Of a stretch of 64,000 nucleotides of DNA, positions 61,391-64,000 are shown in pieces. Numbering within the stretch: position 1 is the first letter of the stretch; every line of letters starts with the position of its first letter. The notes under the pieces were generated by a model that did not search any database, was not told the DNA's origin, and saw only the letters and a list, made by a program, of their open reading frames with translations. The stretch is from Azolla caroliniana (Eukaryota; Plantae; Polypodiophyta): positions 8,370,001-8,434,000 of the forward strand of contig JBHGNT010000022.1 in NCBI GenBank assembly GCA_043228905.1, given 5' to 3'. A program made the translations under genes and the position numbers.

Positions 61391-64000
61391 AGAGAAAGAA
61401 AGAAAGAAAGAAAGAAATATATATTAACGTCTTCTAAGGCCAAATTTGGCCCATGAGACAATTGGGTTACAACAAAAATGAGTGTTTATCTAATCATCAA
61501 AACTAAAATAAAAGAAAATAGCTTAAGCTAAGAAAGTTCTAGTAGTGTACAAAACTTTGCACTAAGCCTAATCTCATTTCCACCTAAGTCTCTCAAAAAG
61601 AAGTGGGAGGTCAAGTTTTTGGTGTGGGTGTGACCCATGGTCCCGATGCATAGAGTGCCCTAGCCATGGCTTTTAGGTGGTGTAGTTCACGTTCCCTTAT
61701 TTTCTTTATTGCTGCTTCTCCATCTCATCGAGTTGCTTTGAAACCTAGCATCCAAGGGCGTTTGGTTCTTCTTTGATTTTTTGCTTCATCAAGGAAAAGC
61801 CCGAGTGGTGCAGGTGTGTCGACATTCATTGTCTCCCCCTGTTCCTGAAAAACTTCATTTGTTACATGTTGGTAAACATTAGCAACATTATTATCAACGT
61901 TTTGTAACTAATTCTCTCTATGTTGTTTCAATTCTAAGATGTATCTACCTAATTTCTTTATATCTATTGTATTTAATAGTTTAGGGAGGGTGGGAGAGGA
62001 ACCAAGTATGTCTTGGTGTTTTGCCCTTATCTCGGTATAGGTGGGGCATTTGCATGTAAAATGGTACTCATCCTCTATCTCTATCTGGCATAACCTACAT
62101 ATCCTTTCCTCCCTAGGGACTCCATTAGTACGTCCATTCTCAATCTGAAGTTGGTGAGATGATATTCTAAGTTGACCAATGGCAACCCTTAGTGAATGTG
62201 GTAAGAATACATCTAGATATTTTGGGCGCGTGATAAAACCTAACTCAGAGAAGTGCATAAAGTGTTCCTTATAGTACGACATTTTAGATGGGAGTGGCTC
62301 TAGTGGGGTGATCCATTTATACCGAGTATAAATTTGCCATATTTCTTGGCGTATTACTTTATTACGATCCTCATGAGAGATTAAAGTGTTATCAGTCGTG
62401 TGGTCGTACTTAAAGGGGGGTAGGTTATTAATGTCTAGACTGTTGGCAATAAGCCAACTCACCATCATGCCATACCATGAGCTAGTATAGCCGGACTCAT
62501 ATAGTGCTTGAGAAGCCTTAAAGGCTTGGTGGGATATTCTATCAAGTGGTTGGTTATGTATCCCGTGGATAAAGACTACAAGTTGAAAAAGTGCTTCTAC
62601 TAACACAAGGGGTAGAGTGAACTCAGCCCTAATAATGTCATGTAGGACCGACGATTTGCTTCGGAGTTGGCGTGATAACATCATCACCAATGGTCTCTCT
62701 AATTGCGTTCACATGAAAGATGGTAGTCCTGGAGCCCAAACCGCTGATGCAGCATACATGAGAGAGGGAGTCACTAATGAGTCAAAGAGCCACCCTTTAG
62801 TTCGTGGCTCTTGGAAGTATGCTTGGTGGCATTGTCTCTCGAGGAGTGAGAGGGATGCATGTCCTCTTGTAAGTCTATCCTTCGCTGCTTGTGTCATCGA
62901 AAATTTACCTGAGCGGGCATTGAAAGTGACTTTGAGATAGACATATGATCCAACCACCTCAATTGGGCTATGGGAGATAGTTAGGTGACACTTAGCTCTA
63001 ACTTGGGCCGACGTGTGGAAGATAAGGACTTTAGTTTTCCCTAGATTCACTACCAATCCTCGTTGTACACAAAAGTCATCTAAGGCATTAAGGTGCCTCT
63101 GTAGGTCGTTTTCGGATTCAGAGAGCAAAACTATGTCATCCGCATAGAGCAAGATACGAACCTGCGTATCCCCAAGGACCACTCCGGTGCCTCCCTCACG
63201 AGCAATAAAATCTGTGATCTCATCAATGTAGATCCCAAAAAGCGTCGGTGATAGGGGGCAACCTTGTTTTACACCAATAGTGCTAGTGAAACGATTAGAT
63301 AGGCCACCTGGGCATCAGACACACCTGGACACTTGTTCATATAGTGCGTAGATGGCCCATACCATATCATCTGGTATCCTCAAGCTTTTAAGTCTATCAA
63401 ACAACCGCTCTCTAGGGACCATGTCAAAGGCATTGCGGAAGTCCACAAAACAACAATATAGTTTCTTCTTACGAGCCTTAGTTTGGTCAATTAAGCATCT
63501 AAGTGTGAAGATATGATCAATAGTGGAGAAGGTTCGTCTAAAGCCAACCTGTTTAGGTGTACGAAGATTTAAGGTCTCCATATACTCGCTAAGCTCTGCC
63601 TCCATTACTACACCATATAATTTAGCAAGGGTATGACCTATCATAATGGTCCTATAAGTATTTGGGTCCATGGGGTCCCCCCCTTTATGTATGGGGGCCA
63701 TTGTGTTCATGGTCCATTGTGGTGGAAAACCCTCTGCGAGGGCACGATTGAAGATTAGAGTTAGCAAGGGAGCTAGGCACTCTCTCGCATATATGATGTG
63801 TTCTGCTCGCAATCCTGTGTGGTCCATGGACTTCCTATGTTGTAATTTCTTTATGACCTTCGTGACCCTAGAGGTCGTGAAGAGTGTCCCCACAGTAGGT
63901 CGTGGTGTAGAAGGCATTGGAATGGGTGGTTGGTTTGGGATTTGGTAAAGTCTCTCTGTATAAGTGTGCCAAGTTTCGGGATCTTCAATGGGTGTTTGTG
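61391..64000 (-). mobile_element. RTE-X-like LINE, family 2, copy 2 (runs off the window)
   Basis: PNTYRTIMIG, QVGFR, FVDFRNAFD, LLYADD, ICRLC..EDEYHFTCKC on the minus strand. (TTTC)n tail at 61391-61415. Homologous to 55788-57530. Confidence 0.9.

Overview
Eukaryotic plant genomic DNA, most likely from a non-seed land plant such as a bryophyte. That call is inferred from the element mix: a Tcn1-like chromovirus, RTE-X-like LINEs, and an aRH-less non-chromovirus Ty3/gypsy. Bases 1-44.5 kb are almost entirely decayed transposons. The core (6.3-39.0 kb) is a five-level nest that can be reconstructed from target-site duplications: Ty1/copia A > chromovirus B > hAT-like MITE > Ty1/copia C > Ty3/gypsy F. 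The nest also holds a tandem Tork-like copia and two solo LTRs. It is preceded by a third solo LTR and an RTE-X-like LINE, and followed by an L1 LINE. Bases 47-61 kb hold two intron-rich + strand genes: NOC2/REBELOTE-like, and a plastid-type NAD(P)-binding Rossmann-fold protein bracketed by two inverted RTE-X-like LINEs. The most interesting signal is a shared LTR architecture in three diverged chromovirus-like LTR families: an antisense tRNA-like A-box/B-box cassette in U3, a TATA box, a conserved hairpin, and a 10-mer exactly 33 nt after the TATA. In the full-length element that 10-mer is perfectly complementary to the PBS position, consistent with Tf1-type self-priming. All coordinates were read by eye and no database searches were run.
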